A DNA stretch of 64,000 bases from Tubulanus polymorphus. Its lineage: Eukaryota > Animalia > Nemertea. Position numbers and translations under genes: made by a program. The stretch lies in assembly GCF_964204645.1 (NCBI RefSeq), contig NC_134025.1, positions 23,912,299 to 23,976,298 on the forward strand, given 5' to 3'. Positions 1 through 12,707 of the stretch are shown piece by piece. Each line of letters opens with the position of its first letter. The first letter of the stretch is position 1. The notes beneath the pieces were generated by a model. It ran no database searches and had not been told where the DNA came from. It worked only from the letters and a program-made list of their open reading frames with translations.

Positions 1-558
1 CATTTCTGAGGTCAAATTCAGGAATATCTGTCAGTTCTTTTGAGAGAAATGGAAAAGAACGTTGCATCTACTTGTTTGTGGAGACAGAATAATTATGTCT
101 AGTTGAATATTCTTGTGTGCGTGTCTGACCTGATATTCTGTTGAATATATTCTGTTTATTTTAAGAAGTCATCATTTGTCGATGGGATTCCGTCTACTTG
201 CAATTTTTGCTAATTTATTTCTAGTCGTGATCACTTGACAAATACTATCATTCACCAAGTATTTGAGCTGGCTTTTCTATATTGCATACAATGGATCGAG
301 GTTCATTAGATATTTTGCGCCGTCGAATTGACCAAAAGATTATGAAAATATTACAGACATGTATTGATTATTCGAATATCAATGTGTTTTTGAAATTGAT
401 GTTGTAATCCTGATTAAAATCTTAAAAATGAACTGAAATTTTCAATAAATGTAACGTTTAAGATGATTGTGAATACGGACGGCATCGTCCCTTTCCTTGC
501 TTTTTGAGAAAACCTATTGCCTTTTTTCTATGTTATGATTTTCATTTCATTATGTAGG

Positions 559-3500
559 ATTGCTGGCAATACTTGAACATGCGCAAGGCTGTCCTCCCAA
601 AACTCTGGAAACTGTTGCATTGTGGTGGTGCTGGGAATGCAACTGCAATATATCCAAATCTGCTCCCATTATTGAGTAAAATTCCTGATGACACAACCAA
701 TGAGGGTTTCTATGCAAAGTTTTTTAACAATATGAAAGCCGGGTAAGCACTCAAACTATCTATTTATTCACCAATGGTAGAAAACCTAATGATCCTCTCG
801 ATGTTTATGCTGCCGAAAAGTTCCGATTGCAGTCGCAATAATGTATACCGGCAACTCTGTGATTATAAGTGTATTTCCATTTTTGCAGTTTATCTGAAAG
901 AAAAGTTCAGCAAAGCTCCAGTGAATGTGGGGCCGTTGTCTCAGCATTCATGGAATGTCTGCGATACGCTCTTATGAAAAGTTTCAATAGAAACTCTGAG
1001 AATGAAACATTCCATGAATTTTTGCTTAGTGATCAGGTATGTCAGCTCCATATTTAGATATAAAATTTACAATATGCTTGTATTGTGAAAATGAAATTGA
1101 GTATTGGATCAATGTGATTTTTTTATTTTTAGCTCATTGCCATAATACAAGCAGCCATTACTGAGAATGAGAGCTCCCTGGTCAATTCACCGCTGTTCAG
1201 AGAACTAACCTCATTTTTGGTATTTCTCCATAAAGCAAATGAAAACCGATATGAGAAAATCTATCGCATTTTCTGGAAGTATTTTTCGGAAATTTGTATC
1301 TTGACGTTGGATAGTTGCGGTGTCGATGGTAAACGTAATTACATCATACATAGACTAGCGTTGTTGATCGAAGCACTGCATTCGCCCATCCAGTATGTCG
1401 GCAAAACTTCAACTCGCGTCTGCTTTACTGATGGAAAGTCCCCCACCAGAATGGTCTCGGCAAAAGCTAAATTGCCGAATGTTGCGACGATCGATACGTC
1501 TGTATTGCTCGATCCTGCTGGGAACTGTGTCAATCTAGTCAGTAATTTGTGCCATAAGAGTTTCAGTATAGCAAGAGAACATAAATCTCATCCCCACATT
1601 AGATTCTTATCGACGGTTCTTGCTCGCTATAAAATGCAGTGTCTGTTTATGAACGTTTTGGATCAGTTCGGTGAGTCCCAACAGCCCGATGTGCACGTCA
1701 CTCGTGCATTCATGAGAGACATAGTACTGCCATGGATACACGAGTTTGAGAATGCTGATAATGCCAATGATGATGATGATGATAGTGATGAAAATGATGA
1801 GGTGCTTCCGGCATTAATAGACCTGCTATTCTCGACGTATGAAGCTGCTCCTTTGGATATTCGATATGATCTGCTTGCACTCATATCTAAGGTATGTATC
1901 ATCGGTCATCATTGATAATGTAGATTTTAGGAATCCTGGCATAAGAATGACGATTATACACCACGCTATTACTGGAAATTATTATCTGTGCTCATTGTAT
2001 ATGTATACATGGAGCAATAGATTTCAAATAGATGAATCGAATTTCAATGTACATTGCAACAAATTCTAATTGGTAGTGTATACATTCTTCATGAATATTA
2101 TCTACACGTACCATTAAATTGAAACTTGCACATTGTGACCCTAATAATTCATGTGCTTTTCAGTCAATTACAACAGCGAAAGTGATGTCCTGTTTCATGC
2201 GAACTCTAGTTGATTTGAAATCGGATGACGGTATACGACGATGGTTGAAAAGTTTGGAATTCGGAAAGAAACTTATCACATTTACGAATGATCTTTGCGA
2301 ACAGAGCCTACGTCCAGAGGATGAACAGACAAATGATCTAACTGAACGCTGGTTGCTGTTGTCCATGGCCCTCAGTACAGCCGATAATTTTGGTAAGAAA
2401 TAACTTCCATTTCGCGCATAGACATGTTAATCGGTGGGCCTAGCCTGAGGCGTCACATCACCGTAAAGATTAAGAGTATGTGAATAGATCAGTTTGAAAT
2501 TGTCCCTGTTAAATGGTGTGGAATAAGAGTGAACTGTCAAAGAAAGTTTGGTATTTTCATTAACTCATATTACTTTTTACTTCATATTACAGAGCCTTTA
2601 CTCAATAAAGATGCTGTGAATGAAATTCTGTTGTCATTGAAGAACACTTTACCACAAGGTGCTGCTGGACAGATTAGTTCGGAGCATGGATCTCGTTGTA
2701 TAAGTTTCATCTGTAATCTAGCCGATAGTTTCTTCAGTAACGTCAAGGTATGTATGTACCTGGCATATTCTTAATACAGAACCGTATTGAAATGCTGGTA
2801 TACATATGCTGGTATTTATCGCTTTTAGGGATGTTTGTTAATGGCGCCAGCGGAAGATCTATTGTTCACAATATTCCAACTGAGCTTTGATTCAAATGCA
2901 AGTGAGTACTGATTATAAGAAAAAACTATTTAAAAAAACTGATGCTGAACTTATCTTTACTTCAGCTGATTAGATATATTACCATGTATATATGCAATTT
3001 ACTCGTAAAATGCAGGTTATATGCTGGAGAAATTGAGTAAAACATGGCAATGTGGTGTACAAGCTCTTACGGGCCAACAGGGTGGATATATGAAAGATGG
3101 GGGATTCTTTTATAAAGCTGCGTCATTTTTGAAATCACAAGTGGTTGAATGTAGACACATTGAAAGGTAATTCATTAGCTATACCTTGTAAAATAACACG
3201 CTGATATCTTATGCTTAATAGCTGTACATATTGTGATTTTCATTTCGTACAAATTGATATCATTATTTCACACTGCAGTTTGAATAGATTGACATCACAA
3301 TCTGTTATGCTGCTAAAGGCTATGATTCCTTCCGGAGATAGTTTGCAAAGTACAACATGCCAGGAGTTTGCGAAACATTTGAATGTTGAAGGAGTAACTG
3401 CTCTGCGAACTGAGGTTTGTTACCGGTTGTTTTATTACTGAATTTCTCAAAAGCACATATGCTATGTGCTGTTCTTACAACCTTACAATACAAGATTATG

Positions 3501-6500
3501 TAAAAAGATATATCTTTATAAAGGATTGGTTTGTAACGCCACTGCTAGAAGGTACCCTCATATTCCTCGATCAACCTGTCATCTCCCAGCCTGTACAAAC
3601 AGATCTCATACCAAATGGCATTGCGTCGACATTGTATATGGGTGCACTGCTGATAGAAATGAAGAAATCCGGAAATGAAACCGATGAAGATTCAATGGTC
3701 ATTGATGTTTGCAATGTTGTTGTTGATGCAGTCGATGCCATATCCTACTGCCAATCATTGGCTGGAAGGCGCAAAGAGGCAAGCTGAGAAAATGTACCGT
3801 ACAAAGTAAAAGTTTCCTTAAAGAATATTTGATTTTTATCAGTTGATTGTTTACATTTTAGGCCCTGAAGAATACACAAATGGGAAAGAGTTCTAGTCTA
3901 TTGTTATCAAATACCAAGCAACTGTGGCTACATTTAACCACCGAAGAACGCCTGAATGTGGTTGAGAGGGTTCTCAATAAGTACTGAATACTAGCAAATC
4001 CATGATTTGGAAGAATAAGTTTCTCTGATAACTAGGTTTACAATGTATCTTTATTTCAGATGTTCTGTTGAAGGAGATCTTTGTTCTCTGTCTTTATTGG
4101 TGCTTTTACGTGATATTCTATCACATAACGAAGTACCTGATTTACTTGAAATGGTTGGATCTTATGAAAGGTAGGCTGCCTTATGTTAAAATTTCATTCA
4201 GCAAATACAAAATAGGCAAAGAAAAAGGAAGAGTAAAGTTAAATTATATTAGAGTAAAAATTTATATTTATGAAAAATTGGTTTACAATTCGTTCGATCT
4301 TTGTGCCTTATAGAATGTCGGAGATGTCATTGCCTCTACTGCATACACTTGTGACCATTCTGCCGTATCTTTCTAATGATAAACTGGACATCATGATAAA
4401 TATTCTAACAGCTCAGCTCATTTCAATACCAGTTGACGGGGATGAAATTAGTGACAGTGAGTAGATATTTTAGTTATTTCAGTCTATTGAGGATTTCTAT
4501 TCAATTCTTTAATCCATTTCAATCTAGCATTTGATCTTTGAAGTATACATTGACTACGTATTATTTTATCTTGATTATTATGTTTTTTCCTCCAGACTTC
4601 TTGTTTTTGTTGGCCAGCTTAGTGAAAGGTTTGACCGTGCAAGATGTTGCCAATGTCAATGCAGACGTCATAGTTGGGGTGCTTGATTTTCTGATTCACT
4701 GGAAAGATTCCAGAGAAACAAGAATGTGCTTTTCTAGGTATTTCAAATTCTAGAGATTATAACTAGATTATCAAATTCTAGCATGTTTTGTCTAAGCTTA
4801 TCGATGCGTATCTCTTCTTTTTGTTGCAGTTTGCTCAGTGACTTTAGTTGGAAGGAGGTGATTGCCAATGTTGAAATGATGAAGTTCATGACTGTCGTAA
4901 TGCAGAAATATTTTGAAAACATAACACGTGAACATTGGGATTTCATCTTGTGTTGTCTCGTTTCTTGGATACAGGTAATTCAATATATTACATTAAGATA
5001 TATAAATAGCTGTACAAAGCTCTTTTGACATTTTAGAAATCAGGTTTGCATTTATCTAAGAACATGTATTATAGATATTTGTGTGATTTCAGAGTTGTCA
5101 CATAAGCGCAGAATCTATTGCTACGATATTGAAAAATGATCTCTTCGCAATCCATAATTGTCATCTGTTGCAAGCAGTCGCTTCACTCATTCCCAATCTT
5201 GAGGGCCATGATCTTACTACTGAATGGAATGAATTCTTTGCTGAAGGAATTTTCTCTGCTTTATTTCCACTCTTCACGCAAATTATGGGTGAGTATAACA
5301 AAATCAATTTTGCCTTGTCATATGTCAATAATATCTATTTCTTGAGTAAGCAGAGTCTGCTGATTACATGAGTTCAGACAACATTTCTTGTTTTTGTAAA
5401 GGTCTCGTCGATCAACCATCAATGACATTGGACCAGGAATACTTGTTGGTTGCCATGGGGGCAGCGCTGGTGCATTGCCCTAAATCGCTGGTTCTAAATC
5501 ATCAACTGCCTCCAAAATTGATGGCAGATGATGCAACCAGCCTTCCGATAGAGACTCAAACTTTGATGAATCATCTCTGCCCAATGTTGTTCTCAAACAC
5601 ACGTGCTGTACAGTTTACAGCTTATCACCTCCTTGTTAGGTAACAACTAGATCGTGAAGTATTTTACAGTATAACTACACAAATCCAGTTGTCAACTTGT
5701 TATCTATTGTTTGTGCAGGTTTGTGGGAGAATTGTCCATCCATGACTCTCAGAATCAATCGGAAAATGATACTAAGAATGAAAGCACAACAACAAAAGAT
5801 GAAATTGTTAGGTAATTCATATCATGAATATAGTACCTATTTGACGGTATCCGGACAATTGCCCCCCCCCCCCCGGACAATTGCCCCCCAAATTAAATCT
5901 TTTTTGACGCCTTATAAAACGTTACCATTATGAAACCTAAACAATGTTAACCATTCAGCGTCATTTTACAAACGACAGCCGTAAATCGATGTGCAAAACG
6001 TCACAGGTCTATGTGTACACATACAAGCTATTTGGCAAAATATTATTGACATAGATGTAGAATGATTCCTGTAGAATGCTTCCTGTGATTATATATTGAC
6101 CTATATTTGGACGTCGAAATGTTATATTGCATTGAATATCATTAGAAGACGTATTGTAATAGTAAAGGATGTATGATTATATCAGAAGCGGCAGGCATAA
6201 ATCGAAATGATAAGTACATCAGATTATTCGGTTAAATGGCGGATGTATACACGATCCGGAAGTCTGATATAAAAGTCAGACCCTGACATGGGGATGCCGG
6301 TGGAATGACGAAGCTATCTACGATGTGTGTAGGGCCGGCGTGAATTTCATCAGCGGCTACAAGCGGTCAATATGAAAATGTGGAAACATATAATTTCAAT
6401 ATTCAAATGTTTTAGAAAATATGTTTGATATTAGGGGTATGCAGGTTTCGTGAGATTAGCAATTCATAATAGCATAGCTGTCATATACGGCTCCGCGTCC

Positions 6501-9500
6501 TCTGATGGCATGTGTATTAGGTGACAATTCAATTCAATTCTTTATTGATCCTTATTACATTGAAATTCCGGGATAAAATTCAATGAATACAAATTTTAAA
6601 ATAAGAAAATACAACATACATGACACACGGGCAATTCATACAGAATAACATAAACATGTTATTTTAAATGACAATGTCTACTTCAACCCAGGCTCAAGAC
6701 TCGAGGATATCGAGTGACAGCCAAACCCGTGGCCCGGGTCGGCTGCCTAGGCCACACGATATGCTCGAAGTCATGATGAAGCAGACATCAGAAGAGCTCT
6801 TTCTACAACCATAGGGGCAATGAAGTTGCAGACCAGCTTAGAGGCATAAGTAAATGAAGTCGGTCGCAAGTTCGCGATCAATTATTGAGAATTTTCAATC
6901 AAACAAATTAAACCTCTACTACAGTCGAAGACCTGTATCATCTACCCAATCGCCAAATCCCATAATTCCCCAAATTTCTTAAAACTTCGATTTCAAATTC
7001 GCAATTCCACATTAGCTTATCCCAGAAATTCTAAATTTTTTTCGCAGGCGTCAAATAATTTTTTAAAATTAATTTTCTTGTTTATCTTAAAGTAACACAG
7101 ATATTTACTTCAAATTAATTAGACAAAGAGAACTAATTCTAGCCAATTACTCTAGGACTGCTTTATAGTTTTAGATTGGCTAAAGTAACACTAAAACTAA
7201 TTCCAATAAATCAGCCAGCGTTAACTAATGCACTAATAAGTGGACTTATTAAGTTTCCTTTAATTTGGTAAGTGAATTATAATTACACAAGGACTGATTT
7301 AAAGTTTTTGATCTGCACACAACATCAGTAATTCTATATCTTATAAATCTATATTCAATAATATACAAATGAATTTCTAAGTAAAAATTATTTAGGTGGT
7401 GTTAATCCAAATCAAAAAGGATTTTATTCGGGGGGCAATTGTCCTAGAATCTTATTTGACGTTCGACAGTTTATCATCACCTAAAGGATTTATACAATTG
7501 TATGTTTACATATCTAACTGCAGTCTTTCCCCTCCGGTTGGTCTAATGAAGATCTTGCAAACATCAACAGAAGGCGTGCAGTTACTAACCAGTGAATATT
7601 CCTTGGGAGAAACGCTTGACATAGAAGGATTCACGGTAGAACATACTGTGTGCATGACATATCTGCTTTGCTGGAAGCTGATACTGAGGTTTTTTAGAGG
7701 AGCAACTTCAGAGGTAGGCCTACATTTCTCTAATTCACTTATTTGAATCCTAAATACTAAACTATCATTTCATTTAAAGTATAGGTCCAAGGCGCTAGCC
7801 TAAATATAAAAAAAACCCCAATATCAACAAAAAAACAACAAAAAAGTCTTTTTCACTGACATTTCAAACAGATTACTTCTATTGATCTTCAGAGATTTAT
7901 TTTTAAAATGAAATAAAGAACTACACTTATCCTTTTTCCAGCAATCTACTATTTACTTTAATTACATGACCTCATGTTCTTGTTGGGGTTCATTGAAACT
8001 TTTACGTTTTGAACATATGTATTTATTGTCTTGATGGTTCTGCTGGTGAATAATCTTTTCGTACGTGTACATGGGCATTTTACATAGTTAGGTTGTTACA
8101 TATTAAAAAACTCCCAATCCAAAATTATAATCCCAATATTTGGTTTGTTACCCTCATGCTGAAATCGTTGATATCGTTGGTTGTAGGCCGCCTGGTTCAT
8201 TAATTTTTCCTTCACCACGAGGAGTGATTTTTCTGTATATTAAAGCAGCAAATGATGTGACGAATAGTAACAAAGCAGCTGTTCTATAAAGCCAGTCAAA
8301 TGTCATCACCGCAATCATGAATCCGCCGAACAGTGACCCAAGTATAAAGCCGAGGTCCATAGTTAATTTAACCAGTCCAAAAAGAGCTCCATATGTTTTA
8401 TGACCATAGCGAACTTCTACTACACGTGCTAGTGTTGAATTGATCGAGCACGGAATTATTCCATTCCCGAGGCGAATTAATCCTTGTGGTGCAAGCAAAA
8501 ACCAGATTGAGGTGGAAGCTGGATATATTGCCATACCGATTGCAAATGCCCACATTCCCACCATAGTATATACCCATTGGAATTTTTCGTTTAAGTATCC
8601 AGTTAGTAAATTTCCAACTGCCATGAATAATGTTGTCGTAACGAATACCACTGTTATTTTCCACATTTCTGGTCGAAACTCAAAAAGGACCCATTTGATT
8701 TCTGTAGCAAGAAATAATCCCAGCGCAAAAAAAGTTAGAAGATAACATAATAAACCTAACATAATGTACGGGTCTCGGAAAAATGATGCGTTTACTGATA
8801 TGCTGTTCTTAGATCTTTTTTTCGGTATTATCAATTGTCCTAGCAATCCGACTAAACTAGATAAAATTGCCAGTACCAAGAATGGAGTCTTTAAGTCAAA
8901 ATATTCAAAAAGCAATGGCCCTATGGCGTAGCTCAATGAAAGGCCAGTGGTCAGTCCAAGAAGACTTATGCTTACTGCTTTGTTTCTTTCTACATCATCC
9001 TGAAATGTTTCTCCTACTAAAGCCAAACTAGGTATGTAAGTCAGGCTCAGTCCGATTCCTTGCAAACATCGAAATACGATCAAAAGCGTTAAAGTCGGCA
9101 CAAACGCGAATCCCAACATAACCGTTGTATTTATAAGGCCTCCTACGAGTAACGGCCAATGGCAACCGAATTTGTCTATGACAACGCCAGTTACGAATGA
9201 AAAAATGATTTCGAACACATATCGTAGAGCGGTGATATAACCTATTGCGTAATCAATATCCTTATTCGCAGTGATATTGTTAGCGTACATGTCATCGGTT
9301 TTGAATGAATCAACAGATGTATTCCTCGTGAATACTTTCACCACCAGCGGTGGCAATAAAGTCGTCAACATATGTGATGTAACGGCATAAGTTAACATCA
9401 AACTGAATGAAACTATCATCATGAATTTAGGTGATTTGCGAAATGTTGCCTTTTTTGCGCTGTCAGCCATCGTGAAAATGAATCTGAAATTAATGGGGAA

Positions 9501-12500
9501 AAAGTTCATATTATATTTGTTGAAGAAACTGAACAGTGAAAAAAAAATATGAAGATTGTTTACCTTCATCACTTACCTGTAAAGGTATCTGAATATTCAA
9601 AGTATTTTCCTTAAAATTTCTGGTTAGGTTGACTCCTTATTAATTGACCAGTACTGGTTACACTAAAATCAAACTTCTACCTGTCATCCCTTTCACATGA
9701 GGAATAACAGTAGGGCCTATGCTATTTATTGAAAAAGTCATTAGTCAAGGCTAATGCCCTAATCACATTTTTATGTGAATTCCAAACAGTTCAAAGTGAC
9801 CACTCCGTATATACACCATGGATAATCTCTATGGTAGTTTTAAGCATATAAAGTCCCATTACAATCTTTCCCAACTAATTATTTGATGTACTCCTAGTTG
9901 GACAAGAGTAATAGAAATGAAATCTGACTTAGCAATTCAGTTAAGCATGAGCATAGTAAACCCAAATCCCAGGAATCCTCATTTTTAATGGAATTTGCAC
10001 AGTAGCAGGATATATACATACAGTTATTGCTTCAAATGAATCTGAACCGAAGTCACCTGGGAAGAATTTAAAATGAAATGACAGTAAACTTGTAATATTT
10101 CTTTGGGAAAGAATTAGTTGTTTTTTTTTTAAATTTCAGTTACGAGTTCAATATGCCAGCTATTTGAAAGAGACAGGCTCAGTGGAAACACTACTTCCCC
10201 ATTTATTCAATTTGATGCCAGAAACTCCTTTAGTTGTTATGAAAGACTCATTAACATCTCACAACTCTGTTCAATGCCTTTCAAGCACAAAGAATCTATT
10301 TTCCGAGAAGCCAGCACTCAAAGTCTGCGGTAAGTTCACTACTATTTAAAATAACCTTGGAGTAATCAGTCTGATTACTCCAAGAAATAACTAATGACCC
10401 CTAATAATGCACACATTTGGAGTGCGAATACATGAACGTTTAGAAAATAAAATTGTGGAACCAAAAAATCAGATTGACCATTTATTCACTGTTATGATGA
10501 ACTGTTTAACTATAGTGTATTTATGCTAACCTTGATATACATGGTACAAGCATCTATTTCAACCTGAACTGATTTATTTCAGCATTTCCATCCACGCAAG
10601 AAGTTTACCACCTGGCTTGTTCAGTTTATTACAATGCATTAAAAGACTTGCCAGCTATTGTTCGGCAATGGAGTAATGACCTGGACAAACGAAAAGCTGG
10701 AATTGTTGATAAGTACGTTCTTAATACCTACGTTCTAGATACATATTCACCTTTGATGGGATTCAGTATCTTTCATTGGAATAATTCTTTAATTGTGTTA
10801 CCAGGTTTACTACAAAATATGTGAGTCCAGTATTGAGCACTGAAGAAATACAGTCAATCAGTGAGAAAGATAAGGAAATGGACAATATGGTGGTATGTGA
10901 ACAACAAGATATAGAATTAATTTTAAGCTACAAATAAATGATTGCTCTTCTCATTAAGTTAAAGCAGTTGACCTTAATTTAAAAAAAAAATTGAAACATG
11001 CCAGTACCGGTAAATGATTCATAAACGAATGTAAATGCATTATTGCTAAACAAAATCTGTGTAACTGGGTGTGTAAGACAATGCTATAGCAACCAAGCAT
11101 ATCTTGAAATATCTATGGTCTATTGAATTAGGAAGTGATATTTGTCACTTGATGCATCAATTGATCCCAAAAAGGGGTAGACATAACAAACTAGACGTAT
11201 CGGCCCCACGTCGCGCGGTTCCGCCACCGTGCGGGATTTACGCGAAGCAGCAAACACAAACATGGCCATTCTCTCAATTTTCAATGATAGAAATCGTGTG
11301 TGCATTTCAATTATTTCGGCTGTTAGGGTTTTAAGGCACAATATAAGTTGATGATGTGATATGGCGATGTTAATTAATGATAATTCCGCAGTGAAGCTAG
11401 TCACGAACGGTGCCGATTGAGTGTACAGCTGCCAAAAACACTGAAATGTGCGTAGTTGCGTAACTATTTGCAGTGAATTGCAGACGAAACATGAAGCCTT
11501 AACGGCCGTTTAAAAAAAATTATACCAATCGCAATTGTAAAATAAAAATGAGATAGAACCTAAGTTAAAATTCTGGCCATTTCTAAAATGTTATTACTAA
11601 TTTTTAGTCAGTGCGGAACGTTTAGTTTTCCAACAATAATGAGGGGTGGTAGGTAGTCATGCAATTCAAGTCATCATTTATTACACGTTACTTCCGTGTT
11701 GTTGAAAATCTCGCGAGTCCTGGACCAAACCCCATTGAACAATGTGATCTGTGTGCTGGCCACAAATGCACACAGATCACACTACACTACCCATTACAAA
11801 CTCCAGTACCCACAGCTTTCATATATCCATCCAAATATTTAGAGTGTCTTTTTTCCTGGATATACCTGGAGGTCAAAAGGTAGAAATTTAGATAATCCAT
11901 TGTATATTGTTAAATGTCAGTGAAGATTGAAGGAGATTTCTTAACATTTGTATTCTTTAATGTGACCTTCATAGTTGAGATTGCCAAGAAAACTGGTAAT
12001 ATAATATATCTATAATAGGTATATGTAAAAATTATGATTTACAATCTTGCTTTTTTGTGTTATATACAGGTTAAGGCTCGACCAGCTGCCAGAGAAGTTG
12101 TTGCGACTTACACGGTGGACGATGTTTCCATGGAACTTGTTGTCCAGCTGCCAGTCAATTATCCACTTGGCGTGGTCACTGTAGAGTCTGGTAAACGTGT
12201 ACGAGTGGCCAAGGAACAATGGCGTAACTGGATGCTTCAAATGACAACTTTCCTAAACCATCAGGTATGCATCCACTTTGGAAGTTGTTTATAGTGTTTC
12301 CAGTTGGGGATCAAAGGACCATTCTTAAAATAGGCCGTTTTTGCAATGAACTCGTGTGCAAATGCAACTTGTATAAATAATTTTTTGTTCCATTTTAAAG
12401 AATGGGTCTATAATTGATGGATTGTTGCTGTGGAAGAGTAACATAGATAAACGTTTTGAGGGTGTGGAAGATTGCATGATTTGTTATTCCGTGATTCATG

Positions 12501-12707
12501 GAGCGACGTGCCAGCTTCCAAAATTACAGTGTAAAACTTGCAAGAAGAAATATCACTCGGCCTGTCTGGTAGGTACCGATGATATTTGATGTACTCCTCT
12601 ATAAATACATGTATACTTTTTGGTGACTTGATTTATTTCTATTACAGTATAAATGGTTCAATACAAGCAATAAGTCATCCTGTCCACTGTGCAGAAATCT
12701 GTTTTAA
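559..12707 (+). CDS. LTN1: E3 ubiquitin ligase listerin (ribosome quality control); multi-exon, 5' end upstream of the window
   Basis: Spliced exons give [43 protein letters not shown] (559-742), helical-repeat exons, the RWD region [34 protein letters not shown] (12070-12263) and the terminal [66 protein letters not shown] is at 12705-12707. Confidence 0.96.
5846..7451. mobile_element. Non-autonomous DNA transposon (Mutator- or hAT-like) in an LTN1 intron
   Basis: Ends GGTATCCGGACAATTGCCCCC and GGGGGCAATTGTCCTAGAATC share a perfect 14-bp inverted core. Flanking direct repeats CTATTTGAC (5837-5845) and TTATTTGAC (7452-7460) indicate an 8-9 bp TSD. The internal part recurs at 48886-50080. No transposase ORF. 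Confidence 0.85.
6525..7040 (-). mobile_element. Probable 3' fragment of a non-LTR retroelement embedded in the DNA transposon
   Basis: The minus strand ends in AATAAA followed by an (AATTG)n tail (+ strand CAATTCAATTCAATTCTTTATT at about 6525-6545). The upstream boundary is approximate. Confidence 0.45.
8154..9470 (-). CDS. Intronless MFS transporter, SLC18 (VMAT/VAChT)-like, nested antisense in LTN1 intron 7714-10139
   Basis: About 438 aa from MADSAKK, with about 12 hydrophobic segments. SLC18-like motifs: [46 protein letters not shown]. There is an acceptor just upstream (TTTCAG at about 9485), a donor GTAAGT at about 9576, and AATAAA on the minus strand at about 8022. Confidence 0.9.
   Translation of the reverse strand: MADSAKKATFRKSPKFMMIVSFSLMLTYAVTSHMLTTLLPPLVVKVFTRNTSVDSFKTDDMYANNITANKDIDYAIGYITALRYVFEIIFSFVTGVVIDKFGCHWPLLVGGLINTTVMLGFAFVPTLTLLIVFRCLQGIGLSLTYIPSLALVGETFQDDVERNKAVSISLLGLTTGLSLSYAIGPLLFEYFDLKTPFLVLAILSSLVGLLGQLIIPKKRSKNSISVNASFFRDPYIMLGLLCYLLTFFALGLFLATEIKWVLFEFRPEMWKITVVFVTTTLFMAVGNLLTGYLNEKFQWVYTMVGMWAFAIGMAIYPASTSIWFLLAPQGLIRLGNGIIPCSINSTLARVVEVRYGHKTYGALFGLVKLTMDLGFILGSLFGGFMIAVMTFDWLYRTAALLLFVTSFAALIYRKITPRGEGKINEPGGLQPTISTISA
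10356..10384. repeat. Perfect 14-bp inverted repeat with 1-nt spacer
   Basis: CTTGGAGTAATCAG-T-CTGATTACTCCAAG. Confidence 0.9.

Noticed and set aside
9471-9572. N-terminal extension of the 472-aa transporter ORF
   Set aside because: It starts at a non-ATG codon and lies between a GTAAGT donor and a TTTCAG acceptor, so it is intron and leader sequence. The likely start is the ATG at 9470.
10490-10570. Box C/D snoRNA candidate (ATGATGA ... CTGA) in an LTN1 intron
   Set aside because: There is no convincing terminal stem, and box D overlaps the branch/acceptor region.
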